A stretch of 64,000 nucleotides of DNA from the human T2T-CHM13v2.0 reference genome, Homo sapiens. How positions within the stretch are numbered: position 1 is the first letter of the stretch; each line of letters begins with the position of its first letter. The stretch lies in the NCBI RefSeq assembly GCF_009914755.1, contig NC_060936.1. One strand, written 5' to 3'. This document shows, one piece after another, positions 1 to 45,290 of this stretch. Under the pieces are notes generated by a model. It worked only from the letters and a program-made list of their open reading frames with translations. It was not told the origin of the DNA and ran no database searches. A program made the translations under genes and the position numbers.

Positions 1-477
1 AATAGTTTAGAGTTTATGTGATTTCCTTTAAAGACTTGTAGCCTGGGCCAGGCACGGTGGCGCATGCCTGTAATCCCAGCACTTTGGAAAGCGGAGGCAG
101 GCAGATCACCTGTATCCAAAGGCAGGAGCAGAGCCCTAGTTATTTTTCTGTTCCCCCTACAATGCCTTAAAGTGTACCAGCACTTAATAAATGGTTTTTG
201 AAAAGACCACTCTCCTTGTCTGAGGACTACACAGGCCTGAGTGCCTAATGATCCTCAGTGTGCATATGCAAGAAAAGCTAAGGAGCAAAAAAGCTGTTAA
301 GGAGTGGTTTCACCCCTTTCAGTAGTAGGGAAATTTGCTGGCGGCAATATACACCACTAGAAATGGTGCCTGCCTTTATATTGCTCATGCTAATCTGTAA
401 AGCTGGGGTTAAACTGAAGTCACTATACTGGAAGCTGCTCCCCTTTAAGCAATCATTATCAAGAACGTATATCTGGT

Positions 478-895
478 TAGACTGTTTAGTTTGCCAGGGC
501 TGCCACAACAAATTGCCATGGACCGGGAAGACTAAACAGAAATGTATTGTTTCCCAGTTCTGGAGGCTGGAAGTCTGAGATCAAAGCAATGGCAGGACTG
601 TTCAGAGGGCTGTGAGGGAAGGACCTGTTCCAGGCCTCTTTCCTTGGGCTTGGAAATGTCTTCTCCCTGTTTTCACATCATCTTCCCTCTGTATAAGGCT
701 TTGTCCAAATTTTCTTTTTCTAAGAACACCAGTCATATTGGGTTAGGTCCTAACTTAAGGACTTCATTTTAACTTAATTCCTTCTTTAAAAACCGTATCT
801 CCAACTACAATCACATTTTGAGATTACTGGAGGTTAGGACTTCACCATATGAATCTGGTGGTGTTGGCAGGGGGCGGTGTGTTCACCTGTAACAG
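478..895 (-). mobile_element. MaLR LTR (MLT1B/C-like)
   Basis: gggctgccacaacaaa...ctggaggctggaagtctgagatcaa...aatcacattttgag...ttaggacttcaccatatgaat motifs. Confidence 0.8.
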
Positions 896-2359
896 ACCAT
901 AATCACTTGTGTATATGGAGATATGTCATTCCTTAGTGTGTGCCTCCAAGTTTGGTGATCAGATCATCAAGTTTACATACTTGATGAGGTGCTGACAGCC
1001 TCTGGCATGTTTATGCTTCTTGAGACACAGGTAAAGGAGTGTTTACTAGAAAGCGGGGACACAGGTCAAGCGTGAAAAGGCTGACGAAGACTCTACTTCC
1101 TGTTACCTCTTTGCCCTCTGAGAATCTCAGCACAACAAAAATGCCAGGATTATGAGCCACTGACCTTTTTGAGAAGGAAATGCCAAGCATACAGTGAGCT
1201 GCAAGAATACTCTGAACTAGTTTATAGGCTTTGGCCTTGAAAACTCAAATTATTCCAGTTTTATTTATATTACTAAAATCTAGAGCTTCTTGGATATTCT
1301 ATATGTCAATTTTTTTTAGTGTAGAAACCTATGTTAAAATGAAAAATGTAGACTAATGGGAAACTAAAGAATATCAGCTACTGTTTATGTTGAGCACTGT
1401 GGGAGCCACTGACACGTATGAACTTAACATCTAAACAGTATAATGAAGCGGCGCTCTTAATACTCTCCATTTACAGTTAAGGGAAGAGGCATAGAGAGCT
1501 TACATAACTTGGCCAAGGTTACAAACCTTCATCACACAGCAAAGCCCACACTAGAGAACATTCTGCAGGGCTCCAGAGCCTACATACACATCCTGCCTCT
1601 CACCGTGACCATTTACTCAACAGCAGCAAGGCCACCCAAAATGGGCAGAAAAGGCTGAAAACATTCATGTCAAAGGGCACTTACTTATTTATTCATCTTG
1701 TGAAAATGACTTAGAATTTAAAATTAAGAGGTAAAAAAATGGAGAGACAGTTGTAAATACTAAGCACTAACAGCTACAACTTCACTAAAAAGGTTTCCAA
1801 GCTTCCTCTGCTGTTTGTGTTCCTCTGACACTAGGCGTAACTATCTTGGGCATCATTTCAGTCTTGGGAATGAAGGAAGTGAACCCAGTGTGTGCTACTG
1901 AGATAAAGGAAGAAAGGGAGCTTAGAGTCCCAGTACCAGTGGTTTCCTGGGTATGGGGGAACCAGCCAGCTGGATGCCTTTGGCAAAATGCTGAGTTTGA
2001 AGCTGCCCTAGGAACCAGAGCTGCCCTGAGGGAGGCGTCACGACCCAGTGTCAGCAGCCAACCCTAACCATCCGCAACACATCCCCCAACCCTCCACTGC
2101 AGACCTGCCACATTTCTCCAAGGAGGTAACAGAGTAAAGGCATACCTTAGGCAGGAACAGGGCAGAAGAGGGTTGGAAGCACAGGAAGCAGTTTGTCTTA
2201 AGTACTAACAGCAGAAACAATAAGAATATGATCTCAAAAGCTAAAATACTCTAGAAATGCTCTCTTCTTCTAACCTCAGAAAGATTCAAATTGTACTTGA
2301 CTTTCCCTAGAAGACTCACTCATCTCCTTCCTCCATGAAATGAGACTACCAGAGGAATC

Positions 2360-3701
2360 CTGTATTTTAAAAAAGTTTAATTTTAATCCTTCCTAGAGGA
2401 ATACAGATTTGAATGAAATACATTCATTCCATAAATACATTAGCAGCAAAACCTTCCCACCAGAGTCCTCTACTCCAGCCCAGAGGTTGTGCCTTGAGCA
2501 GGAGAGCATGTTCCATCAATCCTGTCAACTTAAGGGTGGGTCTGCTTCTGAGAAACGCTGGATGTGCATGGGAGACACAATGACCAGGTGCATGGGTGAC
2601 TTAACTAAGCTGGGACCCTGAAAACAGGCCCATGTGGTCACTATTCAGCCTTCTTTACCTTCCAAAAATCCTTTGGCATCTTCCATGCTTCTCTGATGAG
2701 GTTCCTCAGCACTGAGACAACTGGGAAGACCTAACTTTGCACATGCATTAAATAATGTTATTTTGAGTTGGCAATGTTTTAACACTTTTCATAAGGTAAA
2801 TGAAACATAAAAGATTATTCCCTTCCTTCCCTTCCTCAGGTGAGTCCACATGTACTCATCAGGAGACAATCCAGCAGGCATTATTTGGGCTCTCTGTATC
2901 TCCAGGCCCCCTTTGTCTGAATGGCTGGATGTTTACTGGAGACAGGGAGCCATGTCTAAACCTACAAAGATCTCCACGTTACAATAACCAGGTGACTTGC
3001 TCAGGCTTCCATCAAAGCTAATTTCTTGGGCAGAGGCCAGGCATCTCTCCTCTTGTTCTCTCCATCACTGACTACTGACTGACTGCTGCTTTTTTATTTG
3101 CCCTCCAGGCACCTGCCGAAACTTTGGAAAACAAGATCTACCCTAAACTTCCAAGTGGCCAGGAGCAGTTAAGGCAGGTCCTGCTTTAAACTTACTAGCT
3201 GCCAAGTAGCACACTTATGCTGCTGTGTCCCAATCCATTCTGTGGTGAGTATAAGTCACAAGAGTCTGCATAAAACACTATCAGCAATCAGGATGGCTAT
3301 GGGGCAAGGACCGTTTAGAATGTTACCAAGTCACAGGACCAGCAGGAAAATGGAATAATGGAAGAATGTGAAATAAATCTGATTTGTTTGAGCAGAAGGC
3401 AGCTTTGATTCAGGCATAAATGCATCTCCCAGATTATCATGTAAATAAAGACCTCAGAAGTTGACACTTCCCTCCCAGTCCACCACTTAAAACAGGACAC
3501 ATGCTCAGTTTTCCCAATCTGTTTTAAAGTGTTTTCATTAGGATACTCTTCTGTAAGTGCTTTATTCATTCCCAGTCTGTTTTGATTACTGGCTGAAAAT
3601 AAATCAGGAACCATTTTATATAAAAACCATTATAGTAGATAACTGGTTATGTGTATTTTTCCATTTGCATTTTCATCCAAAATTGCTTGTTTCTTTTCCT
3701 T
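2360..3701 (-). other. PRDM4: PRDM4 3' UTR (distal end inferred)
   Basis: Repeat-free segment after the stop codon, ending near the tandem ATTAAA at 2376-2387. Confidence 0.7.
2376..2387 (-). terminator. Tandem ATTAAA ATTAAA polyadenylation signal, candidate main PRDM4 site
   Basis: Plus strand tttaattttaat at 2376-2387 reads ATTAAAATTAAA on the minus strand, followed by a U-run. Confidence 0.65.
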
Positions 3702-29995
<26,294 letters not shown>

Positions 29996-30006
<11 letters not shown>

Positions 30007-30262
30007 CGGCTTGGGGCCAAATATCAGAGAAAGGAGCGCTCGGGTGGTGGGGAACAGGCATCAGGGTTTGCGTTCCAGGGTCACGTGCTACCACATCTTG
30101 CTCACAACCGCTGCACCGACGCGGCCACTCGTCCCCGGGGTCGCCCGGGGCCGCCCAACTTCTCCCGAGGGCCGGTGGCCGTGCACCCCGCCACGGGTTG
30201 GGGCATCTCGGGGAACACCTGGGGCCTTCCGTCCAGAAGCTTCGGGAAGGGGGCTGCCCAAC
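29996..30262 (-). CDS. PRDM4: PRDM4 exon 2 (5' UTR plus first 11 coding nt ATG CAT CAC AG at 29996-30006)
   Basis: Acceptor ctcttgtccccactcccccAG|G at 30263 (inferred); perfect donor CAG|GTGAGT at 29995; encodes MHH(R). Confidence 0.88.
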
Positions 30263-30870
30263 CTGGGGGAGTGGGGACAAGAGCGGTCACCAAAACCACA
30301 ACAAGGTCGCAGCCCCCATCCCAGCTACCCGAAAGCCCCAGGCGCTGCCGACACCGCCACCCAAGGGCTGTGGATTAGCCCGCCCGCGGCCCGCAGGCCG
30401 GGCCGCCGCGCCCCGCCCCGCTCCGGCCGGGCCCGCGCGCAGCCCACCTGCCAGCTGCGCTGGGGGCGCACGCGCCTGCCCCACTGCTTTGTTCCTCATC
30501 CGGGCAGAGTTCGCCTCGGGGCCCTGCCCGTCCGCTCGGCCCCCTCACCCCGGGGGCCGCTGCCCTAACGTTTCCCGTCCCGCCCGGCCCTTCCCGGCCC
30601 GCGGCCTCCTCTGGGCCGCACCCTCTGCGGCGCGTTTCCGGATCCTCAGCCACTCTCAGCGCCCGCCGCTCCGCCCCTCGTGCGTGCGCCCTCCCCGCCG
30701 CGGCCCGCAAGCGGCGCCCGCGCACCGCGTCGCCCTTCTCCCAGCCCAGGCCCCTCCGCGCGTGCGCACGGCAGAGGCACTGGCCGCGAGAGGCTCGGCC
30801 GGGAGTTCCGCGTCTCCATCCGGCCGGGTAGAATCGAGCGCCGAGCGATCGGCCCATGGTTGCTAGGCGA
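30050..30870. promoter_or_regulatory. CpG island / TATA-less PRDM4 promoter
   Basis: Very high GC and CpG density. GC boxes at 30411-30419 and 30669-30677; ETS core CCGGAA (minus) at 30636-30641; NRF1 consensus TGCGCACGCGCG (minus) at 30757-30768, with a second core at 30466-30475. Confidence 0.92.
30549..30650 (-). other. PRDM4: PRDM4 probable non-coding exon 1 (5' end approximate)
   Basis: Donor GGG|GTGAGG at 30548 inside the CpG island, upstream of the exon 2 acceptor. The TSS cannot be fixed from sequence. Confidence 0.6.
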
Positions 30871-31819
30871 CCAGGGCTGCTGTTCCTGCAGGGATTGAGT
30901 TTTGAATCCCCTAAATCCCGCAGACTCAGGATTTCGTCTTCATGACATTCCCCTACTAGAGAAGCATGGGTCCACACAAAGCCCCCAAAATTCGAAGTAT
31001 GGGATTTGGCCCCGAGGGTTGCCTCTGCTGCCCAGGAGGAATTGGGATTCTATCCTGAATATTTTCGGCCGTCTGCTACACCTGAAGGCTGCCCAGTTTC
31101 CCTGCTTCCCGTCGTAAATGCTGGGGTTTGGGATTTTAAACAAAATTTCCTTCCCCTTTTCTCTGCCCTCAGTTCTCTACTGCGCGCCAGGCACTGTGCC
31201 TAACGCTAGGAGTACCGAGATGGCTTTAAAGGAAGGTGGTCCCAAGCTCCTGAGCAGTAGACGTTGAAATTACACCACACTGCCTGGTGGCTCCCTTACA
31301 CCAGCAGAACAGCAGACCCAGGAATTCTTCCTGTCATTCACAAAGCGTCTGTTGAATTACATCTCAAACCTAGGGATACAGAGCAAGGCACAAGCCCTGA
31401 CCTTCACCTGCCTGCAGTCTAGTGGGAACTGATGAATTTTGAAAATTCAGTCTAATGTGAAAGGGTAGAGGCACATGCAACCTTTTGGACGAGAGCTGGG
31501 AGGGGTGTCAACCCCCATAATGTTTCCCTTCGTTTACTTCTCATGGGGGGAAAGCACATTCCAGATGAGGAAACTTCACTGAACATTGGCAGGCAGGTCA
31601 CATTGGTTTTGCTCTCTGTTGACAACAAATAGAAATCTAAATCAAGAAGGTCATCATCTCAACTGAGAGACAGTATTCCCTGAAATGCCACTTCAAATCT
31701 GGAGCCTAGAGAATGATGATGTATCTTATTACCGGCCGAATGCTTTCACTAGGTTTGGGTTTGGATGTCTGTTCTTTTGGAACAATTTTATTAAGTTGAG
31801 AGGTGAACATAAAAATCAG

Positions 31820-33540
<1,721 letters not shown>

Positions 33541-33928
33541 AACAAAAATTGAAGTGTTCTGACTCTACTCCCCAGACTAGGCCCACTGTATGCTCTCTCA
33601 TAGTACCTATCTTTATTGTAATTAATTGTTTAATTTTCTATTTTGCCAAATACATTTTAAATTTTGGGGAGAAGATTCATGTCTATCTTATTTAATGCTA
33701 TACAACATAGCACTATACCTGGCATATATTAGATATTCAATGAATTTCTGATGCCTGAGGGAAAGTCAAACTGGCATAATTTGAAGCCACACATATTGAC
33801 TCATATATCTATTTACTTGGAGATGTACAGCAAATGTTTGCTCAAAGATTGCCTTAACTGCTGATTTAGGGTGACTTACCCCTTTAAGGAGACTCCATGG
33901 TGCTGTTAAGACAATAAAGACAATGGAA

Positions 33929-34652
<724 letters not shown>

Positions 34653-35064
34653 TTAGTATGACTGTGAAATAATGATGGAGAGTATAGTCAAGGGTAGAGC
34701 TTAGAGGTAATATCAGTGAAGACAACCAGATAACAACCACTAAGATTTTTCCTGGACATCAGGGATAGACACAGAGAGCAAATTACCTTTAAACATTATT
34801 TCCTAGCACTAAAGACGAGAACAGTAATGGGTAAACTTGGCCCCAGATTTAGCTGATCAGGGTATCTTACTTTTAACTGACCCTAATTAAGTTTTCAAAT
34901 CTTGCTTCCTATTCCTTATGGTAAGGAGGATCTGGAAATAAAGACCTTTTATGTGGGTAAACCTGCTCTTTGGCATTCTTGGGATTCCTGCCCATAAGTT
35001 TGATACAATTATAATGTATAATGTAAGGACTGACCTCCTTTATTTAATATTTGCAGAGAGGCAT

Positions 35065-35500
35065 AGAGTTTATTCTACAAATGTTTGTTGAGTGTCTACT
35101 CTGTGCCAGGCATTGCTCTAGGAACTGGGAGTATATAGTAAACAAAACAGGCAAAAAATACCAGTTCCTCTGGAGCTTACATTATAATGGAAGAAGATAG
35201 ATAATAAAGAAATAAATAATTAAAATACACAATATTCCAGATAGCAATAAATAACATTAAAAAAAAGAATGGCTGGAAAAATGGACAGAAAATGCCTGGG
35301 GATGGGCCTGCAATTTTAATAGGGTAGACAGAGAAGTCATCACTCAAAAGGTGACATTTGAACCAAAGGAGAGGAGACAGTGATCCATGCAAACATCTAG
35401 AGGAAGAATATCTCAATCAGAAAGAAGGTCAAGAGCAAAGGCCCTGAGGCAGGACACTGCCTGGCAGATTTGAGAAATTGCAAGGACACCAGTGACTCTA
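35065..35500 (-). mobile_element. L2 3' fragment
   Basis: ttgttgagtgtctactctgtgccaggcattgctctagg. Confidence 0.75.
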
Positions 35501-36042
35501 GAACTGTATTGCCTAGTGTGGTAGCTGCTACCCACCTGTGGCTATGGAGCCCCTGACATGGGCCTAGTTTACATTGTGCAATTATTTTAGAGTGGGAAGT
35601 AAAATAGAGAGATTTTGTCAATAGCCCCAATTCTTCACTCCTCTCGGTAGCCAGCCTTTTTTCTCTTGGGAAGAAGTGGAGTCTATTTTTCTGCTCCTTG
35701 ATTCTGAGTTTGCCATGTGGGACATATGCTTGAACTGAGCCGCGGTCAGGCCAAATCACTGATCCTCAGGCTCAAGAGCTAAATAAGTGCTTAGCATTTT
35801 ATTGACGGCCATTCTGAGGAGGCTGCCCCCCTTATCTTGGCTACCTCTGAGTCTCTGCTCTGATCTTAGGAAACTGATACAGGGGTATAGAGGATTAAGC
35901 ACTGGTACTTGGAACAGTATTTCTCTTAATGTCCCAAGTACTTTTTCAACTCCTCTAAAAGCTGTAGAATTACTTGTTTTCTAAATGCAGTGTATGTGGT
36001 AGTAGAACTGGGGTGATCTTGTGTGTTCTGTTAGCTCTTACG

Positions 36043-36327
36043 ATTTTTTTCTTTTTTTGAGACAGAGTCTTGCTCTGTCGCCCAGGCTGGAGTACAGATG
36101 GCGTGATCTCGGCTCACTGCAACCTCTGACTCCTAGGCTCAAGCAGTCTTCCCACCTCAGCCTCCCGAGTAGCTGGGATTACAGGCATGCACCACCACAC
36201 CCAGCTAATTTTTGTATGTTTTGTGGAGACGGGGTTTTACCATGTTGCCCAGGCTGGTCTTGAGTGATCCTTCTGCTTTGGCCTCCCAAAGTGCTGGGAT
36301 TACAGGCATGAACCACCATACCCGACC
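36043..36327 (-). mobile_element. Alu
   Basis: Reverse-oriented Alu. Confidence 0.9.
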
Positions 36328-36499
36328 AAGTCTTAGGACTTTAAAGGGTGAACACATATGGTTTCAAACTAATTCAGTTTCTCAGATCTGAAGGAACTGC
36401 TAATTTCTGTGAGGATCACGCAGAATGAATCTACACTCTACTCAGTCTTTTGAACAACACCCCTCTAACTAGACTGAGCAGAATCAGAAATCAAAGAGT

Positions 36500-37434
36500 G
36501 AGCAGAAATAAACACAACATCATCAACACCACAACACAGAAGACTTCTGTGACCAAATGTGGGGTGGTTTTCCCCACACACCAAGCAAGCAATCAGTTCT
36601 GCAACACACACCAACTGGGTACCCTCCAATTTAATTCCAACACTATCTACCTGGAGATAGCGTCAGATCCCACAGGTTGAGGGATCAGTCCCATCAGACT
36701 TCCCCCCAACCCTTCCTCATCAGACACCAGTCACAAGTCCAGGCCTGTGGAACTTCTGACCAATTGGCTTCAAATTGGGATTTCCATGACCCCCTCTTTG
36801 GGTCCCATTAATTTGCTAAAGTGGCTTACATAACTCAAGGAGACACTTAACTTACATTTACTGGTTTATTACAAAGGACATTACAAAGGATACAGATGAA
36901 GAGATGCACAGAGCATGGCACAGGGATGGGGTGCAGAGCTTCCATGCCCTCCCTGGGCGTGCCACCCTCCAGGAACCCTCAGGGGTTCAGCTATCCAGAA
37001 GCTCTCCAAACTCTGTCCTCTTGGGCCTTTAACGGAGACATTATTGGATAGGCATGACTGACTACCATGTAGAAATGTAATTGGCCCGAAAAGCATGTGA
37101 TCGAATACTAATAAACTCAGTGGGGAAACCCAGCAAGGCCTGTCTGTTCACATTCTTCCTAGTCTCTTCCATGCAGCATTCCTTCCTCCAGCGGATGGGG
37201 CAGGACTCCTGAATTGAGGGTCTCATGACCCACAATTACAAAGGTGGTGGAAGATAAGAGTTCTGCTGTGGGCTGGTGAAAGAAGGGCAGGGGAAGTTCA
37301 CAGAGACAGAGAGAGTTCTGTTTTCTGAGGCCTGCTTCTGAGTGCCCTAACATTATAACGAAAGACTGTAACAAGAGCTAAGGGAGTTATAAGCCAGGAA
37401 CTGTGGACAAAACCCAATATATCATAATATCACA
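36500..37434 (-). mobile_element. MER21-family LTR (solo)
   Basis: Minus strand begins TGTGATATTATGATATATTGG...GTCCACAGTTCCTGGC; body contains tctacctggagatagcgtcagatcccacaggttgaggg. Confidence 0.8.
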
Positions 37435-37945
37435 GAGGGGAAATGATTTGTAGGAGTTTAGCCAAAGAAATTTTAATGTTGATATCTCTGAATTTTAACC
37501 TAAAAGGATAAGGTTATTTAAGCTTTGGGTTTTAATTTATGCCTAGCAATTTGAGAATGAGGATTTTTTTTTAATTTGGAGGATTGTTCTATGGGTAATT
37601 TATTTGACTGCATAACCTCAGGCCAACTATACTGGAATGGCCTTCATTAGAAATAGCAAATAAAATCAGGAGTGAGTTTTTGGCCTGGGGTCCACCATAT
37701 TTTGGGGTTAATTTAACAGATGTACTGTTCTGATTCATTTTAGAAGTTTAAGGGGCAAAAATTAAACTGCCTATCTGTGAGTCTAAGATGATAAACAAAG
37801 GAGCAGTAGTTGCCATTGAAGGAAGCTGGAAACTCAAGAAAGAAAGACAAGATCATTGTCTTTGTTAATGGCCTCCTAAAATTCCAACAGCAATGATAAA
37901 AGAAATGAAAAAGTAACTGAAAATTTACCTCCAAAGAAGGTCCAT

Positions 37946-40021
<2,076 letters not shown>

Positions 40022-40669
40022 CAATTTCTTTCTATTTAACACAGCCTCAGTTAGAATCTCAAGTGGTAATTTCTTCCTCATGGATATTAAAAGTGCACGT
40101 TGTGTTCTTTTGTCTTCTTTTCCAAATTTGGGAAATCCTTGCCCAAAAGTTCTTCCAGATGAATTTTAGAGTCAGCCATTCATTCTCCAAGCCTTGAGTT
40201 TGGTGCCTCTTCATAATTCACACCAAGGTGTTATATAGACAAGAGGAGGCCTTGTAAAACTTGCGGTAGGAGAAGGTAGCCTTAAACAGGGGAGAAAAGA
40301 CAAAAGCTAGAAGGAAAGGATTAAAATATACCTGCCCATCTGCCCCCTTTCATGAGCAGACCCAAATAGGACTACACAAACCCAGCCCAGTTACTCTTGG
40401 CAGGTTAGCATATGTGTTACGTGATCTAGCCAGCCTTAGGACAGCTTTAGGTTGGAGAGAATGTTTATCTGGGTCAAAACTGACTGGAGAGTAATCAGGA
40501 GTCAAAACTTCTTCTTTTGATCTCTTATGTAAAGAAGGTAACCCCCACCCCATACCCTGCACATCATGTGAGTAAAACAGTCCTATTCCTACTGGAAAAG
40601 CCACTTATTTTCAATGCTTTTGTTCTTTAGGAAAGGCTCTGTCAGCATTCTTTGTGACCATGCAGTTAG

Positions 40670-43126
<2,457 letters not shown>

Positions 43127-44699
43127 AAGCTACACCTTTAAAAATGTGACTAACTTATACCCGAAAGGAATAATTATTTCTATTTTATTTGCCTTGTTTT
43201 TTGAGTTGCTTCAGGCGGATCATTTAGAACAAACAGGGAAGAACAGGACTTGCCAAACTAAAAAGAAAAACATGTTAGGGCAGCACCTTGTCTGCTGAGG
43301 AATAGGCAAAAGCTCTCATCATAAATGTAGGGGGTTTTTGCTTCTCTTGTTTTTAAGTAGGACTTTTAAAGTAGAAGACACCTTTAATGTACTGGTTTGC
43401 AGAAGAGGAAATCTGATTTTCAGTGTGATAACATATTCTTTGACGTTAACCAGTACAGTTGGATTTTTAATGACACTTTAATCTTCAAAGGTTTACCAAC
43501 ACGGATGGATTAATTATTCATTTTGGAGGGGTTGTGTCTTAAAAAGACAAGTCTTCAAAGACATCATCCTTTCTCCTTGGAACTTGGAGTCTCCACCTTT
43601 CAAATGTTGCTTTCCTGCCCCCAAGAGAGAAAATAAATGACATTTTTTAAAGAAGAAGAATCCAATGGAAAAACACTCTTTGCGCTATGGAAAGATGATG
43701 TCCTTATATCCTGGGTGAGATTAGAAGAGGAGGCTGGGAAGCAGTATTTAAGCTGTGTTTACAGTAAGCACTGTGAGAAATAACCGGCTAAGCGCGTTTG
43801 TTATTGTTCAGTCTTTTGATGTGCTTTTAAAAAGTCGCATCTCCATAAAACACCCTCAACAACCATAAAACAACATATGTTGGAACATAATATGCAGACC
43901 CTTATATTCTTTGCTACAGTCTGTATTTTTCCTATACCCTTCAAACATGCCTCATTGAGTTTTTAAAAGATTCGGTTTGGAAGAAGAAAAACCTCAAGCC
44001 TCGCCCCGGGTCTTCCTTGACTTGACACATTTTATAACCGCAAGAGAGCAGTTTTTCCTTTGATGAGGCTAAGACCCCAGAAATGAAAGAGCAAGTTTAA
44101 GTTTGCAAACACTCTAAAAGCTCCTTCCATTAGACCTGGTCGCGGGAAACCACAAAGGACAGTCAAGTGATTTTCAAGGAGAAAGCCTCTGGTCCACTTT
44201 CCCTCCGCCGCCAGATCTGCAGGTTCCTGGGAGGAGCTCTTCTCAAATCCTGAAGATTGCTAGGCTCTTGGCGAACGACTCATCTCTTGAAGACCTAGAG
44301 TGGTGGATTACAGGCATTGAAAAGCTTTTGGTGGCTTTGGAAGATGACTCTGGTGTGAGCTCACCTTTCCAGGCTGGGGGACCAGGCAGAGGAACCCCCT
44401 TTGTTATCTTCTGAAAGAAGATCAGTGGGGAAGACGGGGTTTGAAGTGTGGATTAGGAGATCCTACGTCTTTGCCTACCACCTCTGCCTAAATCATAAAA
44501 AGATCGAGGAGTGCAATGAACTTCAGGAATCATGCACCGTTTCCCTGAAGCCTGTCCAGGAACCTAACTTCTGGACCCAGAAACTTCTGCAAAGACAGAC
44601 CCACTGAGCCAGGCAGTCTGCACCAGCACCTCTGCTTCTAAGATTCTGTTTCGTCTTCTTCTATTGAGAGATTGACCTCTTGAGTGATTTGTGTGCTTT

Positions 44700-45290
44700 C
44701 CGGCAAATGATGGAGACGCGTAAACCGGCGGAACGGCTGGCCTTGCCATACTCGCTGCGCACCGCGCCCCTGGGCGTTCCGGGGACCCTGCCCGGACTCC
44801 CGCGGAGGGACCCCCTCAGGGTCGCCCTGCGTCTGGACGCCGCGTGCTGGGAGTGGGCGCGCAGCGGCTGCGCACGGGGATGGCAGTACTTGCCCGTGCC
44901 GCTGGACAGCGCCTTCGAGCCCGCCTTCCTCCGCAAGCGCAACGAGCGCGAGCGGCAGCGGGTGCGCTGCGTGAACGAGGGCTATGCGCGCCTCCGAGAC
45001 CACCTGCCCCGGGAGCTGGCAGACAAGCGCCTCAGCAAAGTGGAGACGCTCCGCGCTGCCATCGACTACATCAAGCACCTGCAGGAGCTGCTGGAGCGCC
45101 AGGCCTGGGGGCTCGAGGGCGCGGCCGGCGCCGTCCCCCAGCGCAGGGCGGAATGCAACAGCGACGGGGAGTCCAAGGCCTCTTCGGCGCCTTCGCCCAG
45201 CAGCGAGCCCGAGGAGGGGGGCAGCTAGCGAGCGCCCGAACTGGCCAGGACCCCCGCGCCCGCCGCACAGCGCGCAGCCGGGCGCTCAAC
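44700..45290. promoter_or_regulatory. CpG island coinciding with the ASCL4 coding sequence
   Basis: Abrupt GC/CpG-rich block within AT-rich flanks. Confidence 0.85.
44707..45228 (+). CDS. ASCL4: ASCL4, achaete-scute family bHLH transcription factor 4 (intronless CDS; 173 aa from ATG 44707 or 172 aa from ATG 44710)
   Basis: bHLH RKRNERERQRVRCVNEGYARLRDHLP...RLSKVETLRAAIDYIKHLQELL, preceded by the FEPAF motif of the ASCL3/4/5 group; TAG at 45226-45228. Confidence 0.97.
   Translation: MMETRKPAERLALPYSLRTAPLGVPGTLPGLPRRDPLRVALRLDAACWEWARSGCARGWQYLPVPLDSAFEPAFLRKRNERERQRVRCVNEGYARLRDHLPRELADKRLSKVETLRAAIDYIKHLQELLERQAWGLEGAAGAVPQRRAECNSDGESKASSAPSPSSEPEEGGS

Noticed and set aside
354-370. ccactagaaatggtgcc as a CTCF site
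   Set aside because: Two extra bases break the core spacing.
44680-44706. N-terminal extension of ASCL4 in the ORF track (MSDLCAFRQ)
   Set aside because: Starts at TTG; the first ATGs are at 44707 and 44710.
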